This document shows, piece by piece, positions 17,892 to 32,283 of a stretch of DNA of 64,000 nt. Where the stretch lies: positions 640,001 to 704,000 of the forward strand of contig OZ251997.1 in the NCBI GenBank assembly GCA_965247095.1, in the 5' to 3' direction. Position numbers and translations under genes: made by a program. Position 1 is the first letter of the stretch. Each line of letters begins with the position of its first letter. The DNA is from Candidatus Multivorans sp. (GTDB taxonomy: Bacteria > Acidobacteriota > Thermoanaerobaculia > Multivoradales > Multivoraceae). The notes under the pieces are model-generated. The model was not told the origin of the DNA, did no database searches, and saw only the letters and a list, made by a program, of their open reading frames with translations.

Positions 17892-19400
17892 ATGCGTTGC
17901 CCACTCGATACGGCTGCCCGCGCCCAAGGCCCATCTTCTTGGGCGTACGGGACTTGTCTCGCAGTCGGCGTCCTGGCTGCGGTGGTGCTGGGCTGCGCGC
18001 ACACGAGCGTGCTCGAGCGCATTCCGGAGGTGGCGGAACCGCCCGCCGAGTTCGATCGGGGCGTCGACCTGGAGACCGCCGCGGAGGCGCCCGGCGCCTG
18101 CGGCGCCCTGGGCGACGAGACCCTGCGGGAGCTGCAGGACCGGCTGGCCGGTCAAAGCTTCGACCTTCAGGCCGCGTGGAGCCGGGTCGAGGCGGCCGAT
18201 GCCCGCGCCCGGGAGAGCGGCGCCTACCTGATGCCGCGCGTCGACGCCACCCTGACGGGGAATGAACTGACCTTCCCGAGCAGCGGGATCGTCAACCAGT
18301 TCCTGCTGCAGGGCGCGGCTTTCGACGCCAGTCTGGCGGCCGGCTTCGAGATCGATCTCTGGGGCCGGTTGCGGAATCGGGAAGTGGCGGCCCTGCTGGA
18401 TGCCGAGGCAAGCGTTCAGGATCTGCGCTCGCTCGCCATCACGATGTCATCGGTGCTGGCCGAAGTGTGGTTCGGCATCGTCGCCGAGCGCGAGCTGATC
18501 GCGCTCCTCGATAGTCAGCAACTGACTTCGGAGCGATTCCTGGAACTCACCCAACTCCGGTTCGGCCAGGGACTGGGTCCCGCCCAGGACATCGGCCGCC
18601 AGCGGGAGCAGTTGCTGAGCCTCCAGGGCCGGATCGAGCTGGCCCGCGGACGGTTGGAGTCACTGGAGTTCCAGCTCGCGGTGCTCCTGGGCAGCGGGGA
18701 GCGCCAGACGCCGGCCGACTCGCCTGGTCTCGGGCCGCTTCTGGAAGCAGCGGGGCAGCCGGGTCTCGGAGTACCGGCCGAGTTGCTGGAGCGGAGGCCC
18801 GATCTGCTGGCTGCGCGCCGCAGGGTCGAAGCGGCCGACCGGCGCGCGGCGGCGGCGGTGAAGGAATGGCTGCCGTCCCTGTCTCTGAACGCCCTCTTGA
18901 CCGGTCGCGCGCTGGAGATCGTCGACGTGCTGGACGACCTGGTGCGGCAGATCGGCGGCGGCGCGTCGCAGGCACTCTACGGCGGCGGGGGGCGGCGGGC
19001 GCGGATCGACCAGGCGTACGCGGCGGCCGAAGAGAGTCTTTACGCCTATGCGCAGTCCCTGGTCAATGCCGTCGGCGAGGTGCAGACGGCGCTTGCGGTG
19101 GGCCGGAGCACCCGCGAACTGGTCGCCAACCTCCAGGAGCGGCTCGGGGAGGCGCGCCGGGTGCTGCTCCTGACCAGCGAGTCCTACCGGGAGGGGGCGA
19201 CGGACTACCTGAACGTGCTGACCGCACTGCTCTCGCAGCAGGGACTTGAGCAGGCCCTGATCGATGCCCGGCGGCAGCAGCTCGGCAGCCGGCTGCAACT
19301 CTGCCGAGCGCTGGGCTTTGCACCGGGCACCTCGGTTGAGCGGCTGGCAGCTCGACTGGCGGCGGGTCCTCAGACGATCAGCACGGGAGGAGCATTCTGA
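17892..19400 (+). CDS. Efflux outer-membrane factor (TolC/NodT family lipoprotein)
   Basis: Lipobox VLGC; FEIDLWGRLR; PAELLERRPDL; YREGATDYLNVL. Confidence 0.9.
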   Translation: MRCPLDTAARAQGPSSWAYGTCLAVGVLAAVVLGCAHTSVLERIPEVAEPPAEFDRGVDLETAAEAPGACGALGDETLRELQDRLAGQSFDLQAAWSRVEAADARARESGAYLMPRVDATLTGNELTFPSSGIVNQFLLQGAAFDASLAAGFEIDLWGRLRNREVAALLDAEASVQDLRSLAITMSSVLAEVWFGIVAERELIALLDSQQLTSERFLELTQLRFGQGLGPAQDIGRQREQLLSLQGRIELARGRLESLEFQLAVLLGSGERQTPADSPGLGPLLEAAGQPGLGVPAELLERRPDLLAARRRVEAADRRAAAAVKEWLPSLSLNALLTGRALEIVDVLDDLVRQIGGGASQALYGGGGRRARIDQAYAAAEESLYAYAQSLVNAVGEVQTALAVGRSTRELVANLQERLGEARRVLLLTSESYREGATDYLNVLTALLSQQGLEQALIDARRQQLGSRLQLCRALGFAPGTSVERLAARLAAGPQTISTGGAF

Positions 19401-20667
19401 TGGCCACTCTGGCCCGGGTTGGACTTGTCGTGCTCGTGTTGGTGGTGGCTGTGGTGGTCGCGCTGGGGATCATCCGTTCTAGCCCGCAGGCAGTGCAGGT
19501 CCCGGCTGAGGATTTGGGCGTGTTGGTCGAAGTAGCCGAAGTGAGGCGTCTTCCACGGCGCATCGACGTCGAAGCGCAGGGCACGGTCGTGCCGGCCCAG
19601 CGGGTCGTCGTGCAGCCCCAGGTCAGTGGCCGCATCGATGCCGTAGCGGCGGACCTCGCTCCCGGGACCATCCTCCGGGAAGGCGACCTGATCTTCGCCA
19701 TCGAGGACGCCGACTTCAGGTTGGCGGTGGCCAGGGCGACCGCCGCGGTCTCCGAGGCGGCGGCTCAAATGGAACTCGAACAGGGCCGGGGCCGCGTCGC
19801 CGAGCGTGAATGGGAGCTGTTCCAGGACGAGCTGGACGCGGAGCAGAAGGCGGCTTCGCTCGCCCTGCGAGAGCCCCAACTGCGCTCGCGGCTCTCGGCT
19901 GTCCAGACGGCGCGCGCCAACCTCGCGCGCGCCAGACTGGACCTGGAGCGCACGGTCGTCCGCAGCCCCTTCAACGCAGTGGTTCTCTCCGAGTCGATCG
20001 AGGTCGGGCAGATCGTGACGCCGCAGAGTCAGGCAGTGACCTTGGCTGGCACGGATGCCTTCTGGGTGCGCGCCGCGGTCCGTACGGAGGAACTCGCTCA
20101 ACTGAGGGTGCCGGGTCTGCACGGGGCCGCCCATGGTTCGCGTGCCCTGGTGCGGCTCGATGCGGAGAACGGTGACGTTCTGCCGGGCCGCATCGTCCGT
20201 CTTCTCGGCGATCTCGACACCGCCGGCCGGATGGCCCGGGTGCTGGTCGAAGTCGCGGATCCGCTCGGACTCGGGAGTGGGGCCGGCAGAGGCGATCGCC
20301 GCGGGTTGCTGCTCCTCGACAGCTATGTCGATCTGATGCTCGAGGGCGCCACCGTCCGCGACCTGTTCGAGGTGCCCCGCGAGTGGCTGCACGAAGGGGG
20401 GAATCTGCGGATGTACAGCGACGGGCGCCTTGAGTTGCGCCCGGTCGAGGTCGCGTGGCGCTTCGAGGACAGTGTTTGCATCGACGGCGGCCTGAACGAG
20501 GGAGAAATGGTCGTGACCAGTCGCCTTGCGACCCCGATTGAAGGGATGAAGCTGCGCCGGGTCGACGATGCGCCGCCGAGGGTCGCGTCGGAGTTCCTGT
20601 CGGCGGCGAGTCTCTGGGATGTCTCGGCGTGGGGGAGCGGAGCGGAAGGTGCCGGTGAGGTGCCGCG

Positions 20668-20671
<4 letters not shown>
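19400..20671 (+). CDS. RND efflux periplasmic adaptor (MFP) subunit
   Basis: N-terminal TM; PQVSGRI; coiled coil; LERTVVRSPFNAVV. Confidence 0.9.
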
Positions 20672-23931
<3,260 letters not shown>

Positions 23932-23966
23932 GGACGGGTTGGTCCCCCGGCAGCGCCGCCCCCGTC

Positions 23967-24695
23967 ATGGACGATCTGGTTCGGGCCTGCGAGCGGCTTT
24001 GGCCAATCGGCATCTCGATCTTCCTCTCCCACAATGCCCGGTTCCGCAATCCACTGGCGCCCGCCGACCGGGAGGCCCTGGCGGACTCGGAGGCGGCACG
24101 GGATCCGGCGGTCGTGGCGGTCGTCGCCGAGGAGTTGCCGAGCCGGCTGGACCGGCTTGAGCGGGGCACCTACTTCCCGGCGCCCCTGGCCCGCGCGGTG
24201 GCGGCGGGCCGACCCTTCGACGACGCCCTGATGTCGTTCCACTACCCGCCGATCACGGTGGACGCGGACCGGCGCTGGGTCTGGAAGGGCCGTCCGGTGG
24301 CCGACCGCATCCGCCGCTTCTTCATCCAGCACATCTGCTACGAGCCGTCGCTCGGCGTCTACTTCGTGGAGTACCGCGTCAACGACGGCTGGTGGGACAA
24401 GTGCTACCTCGACTGCGTCACCACGCCGCTCGTTGCCATTCAGGTACGGGAAGATGCCAAGGCTGGTACGGGCGAAGTCGTTGCCGACCTGAACAACGGC
24501 CGCACCGACGCCCTCGATCCCGATTCACTGCGCCTCGACGAGCAGGAACGGCTGTTCGCGTCGTCGGCGCAGCACGGGCTGGTCGAAATCGCGGACACAC
24601 CCCGCTTTGCGTTGCTGCGCACGGCGTCCGAGGACTGCCGGACCGTGGAGTTCGCCGGCGCCCGGCGAACCCTCCACTGGCCGGAAGACGGCTAG
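23967..24695 (+). CDS. Hypothetical protein (DUF1285-like C-terminal part)
   Basis: Typical GC3 codon bias; ITVDADRRWVWKGRPV...YFVE...CYLDCVTTPLV resembles the DUF1285 pattern (tentative). Confidence 0.6.
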   Translation: MDDLVRACERLWPIGISIFLSHNARFRNPLAPADREALADSEAARDPAVVAVVAEELPSRLDRLERGTYFPAPLARAVAAGRPFDDALMSFHYPPITVDADRRWVWKGRPVADRIRRFFIQHICYEPSLGVYFVEYRVNDGWWDKCYLDCVTTPLVAIQVREDAKAGTGEVVADLNNGRTDALDPDSLRLDEQERLFASSAQHGLVEIADTPRFALLRTASEDCRTVEFAGARRTLHWPEDG

Positions 24696-24703
24696 CTGCC
24701 TCC

Positions 24704-27466
24704 TCAGCCCTCCACCGGATTGCCGTCGGCGTCCAGGAACCGCATTTCGCCGAGGTTGAGGGCTCGGATCTTGTCCTCGATCACGACCCGGTCACCGACC
24801 ACGATCCAGACCAGGTTGTCCGGCTGCAGCGCGCGGTCGGCCTGGGCCTTGACGTCGGCCAGGGTGACGCCACGTACGGCATCGGCGAAGGTGTCCCAGT
24901 AGTCAGAGGGCAAGCCGAAGCGGGTCGTCTCGGCGATGCTGGCCATCACCGACGTGTTCGTCTCCCAGCGACCCGGCAGGGTCAGCGTGTTCTGGTCGGT
25001 GACCCGGCTGAGCTCCGCCTGGGTCGGCGGCGTGCCGCCGCCGCTGCGGATGCCGCGCAGTTCCTTGTCGATCTCGGCCATCGACTCCGCCGTCTTGTCG
25101 GTCTGGACCGGGGCGTAGGCGTAGTAGGGCCGCTGCCCTGCCGCGTCCAGCAGGATGGCGCGAGCGCCGTACGACCAGTGCTTGTCCTCGCGCAGGTTCA
25201 TGTTGATCCGCGAGGTGAAGCTGCCGCCAATGATGTCGTTCATCGATTCGATCTGGAGGTTCGCGGCGTCGTTCTTCGGTGGCGCGACCTGGCCGGCGAA
25301 GATGATCGACTGCGCCGAGTCCGGGCGGTCGATCATGTAGACGACTGTTTCAGGCTGCGGTTCGACCTCAGCCAGGTTCTTTTCCGGCACGTCGCCCGGC
25401 GCCCAGTCCGAGAACCGGGCTTCGATCGCGGGCTCGAGCTCCGCCATCGCGATGTCCCCGACGACGATCAGGGTCGCGTTGTTGGGACGGAACCAGGTGT
25501 CATGGAAGGCGCGCAGCGAGTCGAGCGTGAGTTCGTTCACCGAGGCCTCGGTTCCCGAGCCGGTCAGCGGGTTGCTGTAGGCGTGGCCGTCGCCGTAGAG
25601 GATGCGCGGCAGGACGCGCTGGGCCATCGACACCGGCTGGACCTTCTCGCGGCCGATGGCGGCGAGTTGCTGGCTGCGCCGGCGGTCGAACTCGTCCTCC
25701 GGGAACGCGGGATTCAGAATCACGTCGGCGAAGAGATCGAGCGACGCGTCGAGGTTCGAGGTGAGGGCACTCATCATGACCCGCGACGTGTCCAGGGTCG
25801 AAGCGGCGCCCAGCGTGGCGCCGAGGGTGGCGAGCTCTTCCGAGATCTCGAGCGCGTTCCGCGACGACGTGCCCTCGTCGAGCATGTCCATCGCCATCCG
25901 CGCGGTGCCGGCCAGCGAGAACTGGTCCGAGGCGTAGCCGGCATCGAGCTGCAGAGCCAGGTTGACGACCGGGACCGCGTCGCGCTGGGCGAGGATGACC
26001 TTCAATCCGTTCGACAGCTCCGTCGTCTCGCGCGCGGGGAAGGAGGCCGACGGGAACTCGGTGACCTCGGGCGGCCCGCTGGAACGGTCGACCGCGCTCT
26101 CGGTCGCCGTGTAGGTGGGGAAGGGTTGCACTTCGACGGTCAGGGCGCCGGCTGAGAGCCACTCGGCCGCTGCGTCGTGAACGTCGGCGACGGTTGCGTT
26201 CGCCAGGTTCTCCTGGGTTCGCACGTGGCCGTCCGGGCTGCCGAGATAGACCTCGCTCGCGGCCAGGACGTCCGACTTGCCGCCGAAACCGCCGATGCGC
26301 TCGACGCCGCGGATGAACACCGCCTTCTGGCTGGCCTGCGCGCGCTCGAGTTCGGCCTGGGTCGGGCCCGCTTCGAGGAAGGCGCCAAGCTCCTCATCGA
26401 GCACGGCTTCCACCTCGGCGAGATCCTGGTCCGGCTGAGCCGTCGCAATGACCAGGAACAGGCTGCCGAACTCGCGTGTCATCGCAAACGCCGAAACGTC
26501 CGTGGCGATCTGGTCGTCGTAGACCAGCCGCTTGTGGAGGCGCGAGCTCTTGCCGCCGGCCAGGATGTCGCTAGCGAGGCTGAGGTGGTCGACCGAGGCG
26601 TCCTTCACCGTAGGGACGTTCCAGGCCTTGTAGACGCGGGCCTGCGGCACCCGGTCCTGGAGCAGCATACGGCTCTCCTCACTGCGGCGCGCGAGGGAGA
26701 CATCGGGCTTGATCAACGGCGGCCCCGAGGGGATGTGGCCGAAGTACTTCTCGACCCGCGCCTTGACGTCCTCGGCCTCGACATCGCCGGCGACCACCAG
26801 CACCGCGTTGGCGGCGCCGTACCAGGTCTGGAACCACTCGTGCACGTCTTCGAGTGAGGCGGCGTTCAGATCCTCCAACGAACCGATCGTCGAATGGTCG
26901 TAGGGATGGCCGTCCGGATAGGTGTTCTCGAAGATCGTGAGGAAGACCTTGCCGTAGGGCTGGTTCTCGCCCTGGCGCTTCTCGTTCTGGACCACGCCGC
27001 GCTGCTCATCGAGCCGGGCCTGGGTCACGGCCGCCCGCATGTGTCCCATGCGGTCGGACTCCATCCACAGCGCCATGTCGAGCGCGGTCGTCGGTACGAC
27101 CTGGAAGTAGTTCGTGCGGTCCTGGTTCGTCGTCCCGTTCATGCCGGTGGCGCCGACGCGGTCGAAGGGCTTGAAGTAGTCATCGTTGAAGTGCTCGCTG
27201 CCGTTGAACATCAGGTGCTCGAACAGGTGCGCGAAGCCGGTCTTGCCCATCTTCTCGTCGCCGGCGCCGACGTCGTACCAGACGTTGACGGCGACGATCG
27301 GCGCCTTGTGGTCCTCGTGGACGATCAGCCGGAGGCCGTTGTCGAGCACGTACTTCGTGTACGGAATGTCGACCACATCGGCGCCCGCGGAGGACGCGTC
27401 ATTCGCGGGACCGCCGCAGGCGGCGAGGAGCGAGAGGGCAAGAGCGATTCCGAGCAGTCGTTTCAC
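24704..27466 (-). CDS. M16 family zinc metallopeptidase (pitrilysin/PqqL-like), lipoprotein
   Basis: Lipobox LLAAC; GFAHLFEHLMFNGS (HxxEH); NGTTNQDRTNY; NLREDKHWSYGA. Confidence 0.93.
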   Translation of the reverse strand: MKRLLGIALALSLLAACGGPANDASSAGADVVDIPYTKYVLDNGLRLIVHEDHKAPIVAVNVWYDVGAGDEKMGKTGFAHLFEHLMFNGSEHFNDDYFKPFDRVGATGMNGTTNQDRTNYFQVVPTTALDMALWMESDRMGHMRAAVTQARLDEQRGVVQNEKRQGENQPYGKVFLTIFENTYPDGHPYDHSTIGSLEDLNAASLEDVHEWFQTWYGAANAVLVVAGDVEAEDVKARVEKYFGHIPSGPPLIKPDVSLARRSEESRMLLQDRVPQARVYKAWNVPTVKDASVDHLSLASDILAGGKSSRLHKRLVYDDQIATDVSAFAMTREFGSLFLVIATAQPDQDLAEVEAVLDEELGAFLEAGPTQAELERAQASQKAVFIRGVERIGGFGGKSDVLAASEVYLGSPDGHVRTQENLANATVADVHDAAAEWLSAGALTVEVQPFPTYTATESAVDRSSGPPEVTEFPSASFPARETTELSNGLKVILAQRDAVPVVNLALQLDAGYASDQFSLAGTARMAMDMLDEGTSSRNALEISEELATLGATLGAASTLDTSRVMMSALTSNLDASLDLFADVILNPAFPEDEFDRRRSQQLAAIGREKVQPVSMAQRVLPRILYGDGHAYSNPLTGSGTEASVNELTLDSLRAFHDTWFRPNNATLIVVGDIAMAELEPAIEARFSDWAPGDVPEKNLAEVEPQPETVVYMIDRPDSAQSIIFAGQVAPPKNDAANLQIESMNDIIGGSFTSRINMNLREDKHWSYGARAILLDAAGQRPYYAYAPVQTDKTAESMAEIDKELRGIRSGGGTPPTQAELSRVTDQNTLTLPGRWETNTSVMASIAETTRFGLPSDYWDTFADAVRGVTLADVKAQADRALQPDNLVWIVVGDRVVIEDKIRALNLGEMRFLDADGNPVEG

Positions 27467-27532
27467 GGTGGTCTCCTGAGCTGGGATGAGGGCGAGGTGG
27501 AATCCTAGGCGGAGGCGGGATTCGCGGTTCGC

Positions 27533-29443
27533 CTACCAGGCGATGCCGTAGTCCTCGCCGAAGTCGCTGGCGCCGCCCCACATGGTGCCGTTGTCCCGGT
27601 CGAACCAGATGGCGGTGATCGGCCCCGAGGTGCGGTCGAGCGCGCGTACACGGTACCCCATGTTGCGGAGTTCTTCGCGCACCCACGGCGGCACGTCCTG
27701 GCGGACGTCGATGTCTCCCGGCCGGGACTCGTGGGCGCCGAAGGAACTCTGCATCTGGTGGCTGGTGATGTTCGCCGCCTCCACCGCCTGCTGGACGTTC
27801 ATGCCGAACTCGACCACGCCCAAGAAGAACTGGAGCAGATTCTGATCCTGGGTGTCGCCGCTCTGGACGGCGAAGGACAGGTACGGCGATCCGTCCAGAA
27901 GCGCCATGCCGGGAGTCAGGGTGGCGCGCGGGCGCTTGCCCGGCTCGGGCAGGTTGTACGGGTTGAGCCTCGGGTCGAGCACGAAGCTTTGCATCCGCTG
28001 ACTCATGCCGATGCCGGTACGGCCCGCGATCACGGCGGGAATCCAGGCGCCGCTGGGCGTGACCGAAACGACCCAGCCGTCGGCGTCGGCGGCCTGGATC
28101 GAGGTCGTACCGGCTGTAAACGCTTCATCGTAGGTCATCCGGGGCAGGGTGGTCGGGCCGGGGCCGGCTGCCGCCTGCTGGAACCCCCGCTCGCCTTCGG
28201 CGTCCGCCGCCGGCGGGATCGGAGTCCACTGTTCGAGCAGGTCGAGGAACGGGTTCTCCCCATCCTGGAAGTCGTAGGGGTTCCCCGGGTGCGCGTCCTC
28301 GTCGTTCTTCGCCCAGTCGATCGACTCGTAGCGGGCGCGGGCGTAGTCTTTCGAGAGCAGGCCTTCAAGCGGCTCTTCCGGCGGGTAGTAGGGGTCGCCG
28401 TAGTAGAAGTCGCGGTCCGCGAAGGCGAGGTTCATCGCCTGGTACAGGGTGTGGATGTAGCGGGCCGAGTTGTAGCCCATCGACACGAGATCGGCGTTCT
28501 CGAGGATGTTCAGCGTCTGGAGCATGACCGGCCCCTGCACCCAGGAGGTCAGCTTGTAGACGTCGACGCCGCGGTAGTTCGTGCGCACCGGCGCCTCGAT
28601 GTGGACCTGCCAGCGGTCGAGGTCGGCCATCGTGTGCAGCCCGCCGAGCTCCTGCGAGCCGCGAACGAACTCTTCGGCGATGTCGCCGCGGTAGAAGCGA
28701 TCGTAGGCGGCGGCCAATGCCTGCTCGCGCGTCTTGCCGTTCTTGAGCGCCGCGGCCTCGGCGTCGACCAGCTTGCGCAAGGTGTCCAGCAGGTCCGGCT
28801 GGCGGAAGATCTCGCCGGCGCGCGGCGCCGCGCGAACCTCGCCCCCCTTTGACGACGACAAGTGGGGCAGAAACACCCTGGCCGAGTCCGGCCACTGCTG
28901 CAGCATCTCCTTGCGGCGCTCCATGTTGTCCGCCTGGGCGCGCTCGATCGGATAGCCGTCGGCCATCTGCATCGCGGGTTCGAGCACCTCGGCGAGGCTC
29001 ATCGAGCCGTAGTGCGCGAGCATCACGATGAGTCCGCCCGGGGTGCCCGGCGTGACCGCGGCGAGCGGACCGTACTCCGGCGGATAGACGAAGCCTCGCT
29101 CGCGGAAGAGCTCGACCGTGGCGCCGGTGGGAGCGACACCGAGCGCGTTGATCCCGACGACTTCGCGAGTGCGCGGATCGAAGATCAGGGCCTGCGTTTC
29201 GCCACCCCAGCCGAGCGTGTCCCACATGGTCGAGGTCGCGGCCAGCATCGCGCAGGTGGCGTCGACCGCGTTGCCGCCGCGGGCGAACACCGTCGCACCG
29301 GCCGTCGCCGCCAGCGGTTTGCCGGTTACGGCGACCCAGTGGCGACCGTGCAGGACCGGCTTGACGGTGCGCTGGGCTTCGGCAGCCGTCACGGCGCAGG
29401 CGAGGGCCAGGGCGCTGATCGCCACAACAGGTCGTCTTGTCAT
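27533..29443 (-). CDS. ggt: Gamma-glutamyltransferase family protein
   Basis: Signal peptide; GGNAVDA, FYRGDIAE, AFADRDFYYGDP, GTTSIQAAD (Ntn Thr), PGKRPRATLTP. Confidence 0.9.
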   Translation of the reverse strand: MTRRPVVAISALALACAVTAAEAQRTVKPVLHGRHWVAVTGKPLAATAGATVFARGGNAVDATCAMLAATSTMWDTLGWGGETQALIFDPRTREVVGINALGVAPTGATVELFRERGFVYPPEYGPLAAVTPGTPGGLIVMLAHYGSMSLAEVLEPAMQMADGYPIERAQADNMERRKEMLQQWPDSARVFLPHLSSSKGGEVRAAPRAGEIFRQPDLLDTLRKLVDAEAAALKNGKTREQALAAAYDRFYRGDIAEEFVRGSQELGGLHTMADLDRWQVHIEAPVRTNYRGVDVYKLTSWVQGPVMLQTLNILENADLVSMGYNSARYIHTLYQAMNLAFADRDFYYGDPYYPPEEPLEGLLSKDYARARYESIDWAKNDEDAHPGNPYDFQDGENPFLDLLEQWTPIPPAADAEGERGFQQAAAGPGPTTLPRMTYDEAFTAGTTSIQAADADGWVVSVTPSGAWIPAVIAGRTGIGMSQRMQSFVLDPRLNPYNLPEPGKRPRATLTPGMALLDGSPYLSFAVQSGDTQDQNLLQFFLGVVEFGMNVQQAVEAANITSHQMQSSFGAHESRPGDIDVRQDVPPWVREELRNMGYRVRALDRTSGPITAIWFDRDNGTMWGGASDFGEDYGIAW

Positions 29444-29569
29444 CGCGGCAGCTTATCGCCGGTGAGGAGAAGGGCCGTTGGACCGCTGATAGCCTGCCGG
29501 TCCTTGTCGGGCCGGCGCGGCCAGTCGAAACGTCCCCGCGGTTTCCGGGGATTCAGGGGGGTTCCAAGG

Positions 29570-30673
29570 ATGAAAGCAGCCGTATTCCACGAGGTTGGTC
29601 AGCCGCTTGAGATCACCGACGTCTCGATCAGCAAGCCGGGACCGCACGAGATCCTGATCCGTTCGGCGGTGGTCGGTGTCTGCCACAGCGACCTGCACTT
29701 CGTGGACGGGCTGTGGCCGATCCGCACGCCCGCGATCCTCGGCCACGAGGCGTCCGGGATCGTCGAGCAGGTCGGCGCCGAAGTCCGCTACGTGAAGCCC
29801 GGCGACCACGTGATCACCTGCCTGTCGGTGTTCTGCGGTTACTGCGAGTACTGCATGAGCGGCGAACCGACGCTCTGCGACAAGCGGGCCACACGGCGGC
29901 CTAGGAGCGCCGAGCCGCGGCTGGCCCTTCCGCCCAGCAATGGCGGCGGTCCGCGGCCTGTCTCGCAGTTCGCCGATCTGGCGTCGTTCGCGGAGCAGAT
30001 GCTGGTGCATGAGAACGCGGTGGTGAAGATCCGCGAGGACATGCCGTTCGACCGCGCCGCGGTCATCGGTTGCGCGGTGACCACCGGCGTCGGCGCGGTC
30101 TTCCGCACGGCGCAGGTCGAACCGGGGTCGACGGTGGCTGTGATCGGATGCGGCGGCATCGGCCTGTCGACGATCAACGGTGCCGAACTCGCCGGCGCCG
30201 GGCGGGTCATCGCCATCGATCGGGTGGCCTCCAAGCTCGAACTGGCGCGGCAGTTCGGCGCCACGGACACGGTCGACGCGTCTGCCGGCGATCCGGTCGA
30301 ACAGGTGCGGGAGATGACCGGTGGCGGCGTCCACTACGCCTTCGAGGCGATCGGGCTCAAGGTCACCGCCGAGCAGGCGTGGGCGATGCTGCGGCCCGGC
30401 GGCACCGCGACCGTGATCGGCATGGTCCCGATGGGCGAGAAGATCGAGATTCCCGGCCATGAGATGCTCCAGGCGAAGGCGATCCAGGGCTGCGTCATGG
30501 GTTCGAACCGCTTCCGCATCGACATGCCGCGCCTGATCGACTTCTACCTGGCCGGCAAGCTGAAACTCGACGAGTTGATCTCGGACCGGGTCGATTTCTC
30601 CCAGGTCAACGAAGCGCTTCAGAACCTGAAGAACGGCGAGGTGGCGAGGCAGGTCATCGTGTTCGATGGCTAG
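29570..30673 (+). CDS. Zn-dependent alcohol dehydrogenase (class III-like MDR)
   Basis: GVCHSD, LGHEASG, CGYCEYC...C, GCAVTTGVG, GCGGIG. Confidence 0.93.
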   Translation: MKAAVFHEVGQPLEITDVSISKPGPHEILIRSAVVGVCHSDLHFVDGLWPIRTPAILGHEASGIVEQVGAEVRYVKPGDHVITCLSVFCGYCEYCMSGEPTLCDKRATRRPRSAEPRLALPPSNGGGPRPVSQFADLASFAEQMLVHENAVVKIREDMPFDRAAVIGCAVTTGVGAVFRTAQVEPGSTVAVIGCGGIGLSTINGAELAGAGRVIAIDRVASKLELARQFGATDTVDASAGDPVEQVREMTGGGVHYAFEAIGLKVTAEQAWAMLRPGGTATVIGMVPMGEKIEIPGHEMLQAKAIQGCVMGSNRFRIDMPRLIDFYLAGKLKLDELISDRVDFSQVNEALQNLKNGEVARQVIVFDG

Positions 30674-32135
30674 CAGACGCACGGGGCTGGTCCGCGGCTC
30701 TCTGGTCGTCGCCCTTGGCCTGACGCTGATTCCGCTGGCGCCGGCCACGGCGGACGGGGTGGCGCAGAAGAGCGACCTCGAGACGGCGGTGGCGGAGCGG
30801 GCCGACCTGCTCTGGGACGCGGCGCGGAAGATCTGGGAGTGGGCCGAGCCGGGCTACCAGGAGACGAAGTCCTCGGCCTTGCTCGCCTCGCTGATCGAGG
30901 AGGAGGGCTTCGAGGTCGAGCGCGGCGTCGCCGGGATTCCGACGAGCTTCATCGCGTCGTACGGTGCTGGTCGGCCGGTGATCGCGATCCTGGCCGAGTT
31001 CGACGCTTTGCCCGGCCTGGCCCAGCAGGCGGTTCCCACCCGCGCGCCGCGCGAGGGCCCCGACTGGGGCCATGCCTGCGGTCACCATCTGTTCGGCGCC
31101 GGCTCGCTCGGAGCGGCGCTCGCGGTGGCCGATGGCATTCGCGGCGGCGCGATCCAGGGGACCGTGCGGCTCTATGGCACGCCGGCCGAGGAAGGGGGAG
31201 GCGCCAAGGCGTTCATGACCCGCGCCGGGCTGTTCGAGGACGTCGATGCGGTCCTGCACTGGCATCCGGGCGACGTGAACTCGGCCGGCGATCCGACCAA
31301 CCTGGCCCGGGTGGCGGCCAAGTTCCGCTATCGCGGTCGCAGCGCCCACGCCGCCGCGTCGCCCGAAGCGGGGCGCTCGGCGCTCGATGCGGTGGCGATC
31401 CTGAACTACGGCGCCGAACTGCTGCGCGAGCACACGCCCGACCGCACGCGCATCCACCACGTGATCACCGCCGGCGGCGACGCCCCGAACGTGGTGCCGG
31501 CGTTCGCCGAGGCGTACTACTACGTGCGGCACCCGGACATCGGTATCGCGCGCTCGATCTACGACCGGCTGGTGCTGGTGGCCGAAGGCGCCGCCCACGC
31601 CACGGAAACGGAACTGGAGATCGAGTTCCTGGGCGGCATCCACAACCTGTTGCCCAACGACACGCTGTCCAAGGTCTCGCTTCGGAACTTCAAAGACCTG
31701 ATCGACATGGACTACAGCGACGAGGAGCGTGGCTGGGCCGGCAAGCTGCAGGAATCGCTACTGCGGCCCCGGCCGCTTGCCTCGGTGTCCGAACTGCGCG
31801 ACGACACGGGCGACACCACCCTGGGCTCGACCGACGTCGGCGACGTCTCCTGGGTCGCGCCGACGACCGGTATCCGCACTGCCTGCTGGGTGCCGGGCAC
31901 GCCGGCCCACTCCTGGCAGGCGGTCGCCGCGGGCGGCACGACGATCGGCCGCCAGGGCATGTTGATGGCGGCCCGCGTGCTAGCGGCCACAGCCTGGGAC
32001 CTGCTCGCCGATCCGTCGATCGTCAAGGCGGCGTGGGAGGAACTCGATCGGCGGCTCGCCGACCGCCCCTACCGCGCGGCTTTGGAGGAGGGCCAGGAGC
32101 CGCCCCTGGACTACCGCAACGCGCCCGAGCGGTAG
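30666..32135 (+). CDS. M20 amidohydrolase (AbgB-like) with signal peptide
   Basis: AEFDALPG, GHACGHHL, GTPAEEGG, WHP, AHAAASPEAGRSALD, GSTDVGDVSW. Confidence 0.88.
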   Translation: MASRRTGLVRGSLVVALGLTLIPLAPATADGVAQKSDLETAVAERADLLWDAARKIWEWAEPGYQETKSSALLASLIEEEGFEVERGVAGIPTSFIASYGAGRPVIAILAEFDALPGLAQQAVPTRAPREGPDWGHACGHHLFGAGSLGAALAVADGIRGGAIQGTVRLYGTPAEEGGGAKAFMTRAGLFEDVDAVLHWHPGDVNSAGDPTNLARVAAKFRYRGRSAHAAASPEAGRSALDAVAILNYGAELLREHTPDRTRIHHVITAGGDAPNVVPAFAEAYYYVRHPDIGIARSIYDRLVLVAEGAAHATETELEIEFLGGIHNLLPNDTLSKVSLRNFKDLIDMDYSDEERGWAGKLQESLLRPRPLASVSELRDDTGDTTLGSTDVGDVSWVAPTTGIRTACWVPGTPAHSWQAVAAGGTTIGRQGMLMAARVLAATAWDLLADPSIVKAAWEELDRRLADRPYRAALEEGQEPPLDYRNAPER

Positions 32136-32283
32136 CGTTCCTCGCATGGCGCTTCTGTGCCCCTGCGCCGGTGCTCAGAGGAACTGGCCCGGAGGAGGGC
32201 TGCGCGGGGGCTTCGCGGATTGAACGTTCCGACCGCGGTCTACGTACACTGCATTGCATCAGTTCTCTGAAGGAGGATGGCCC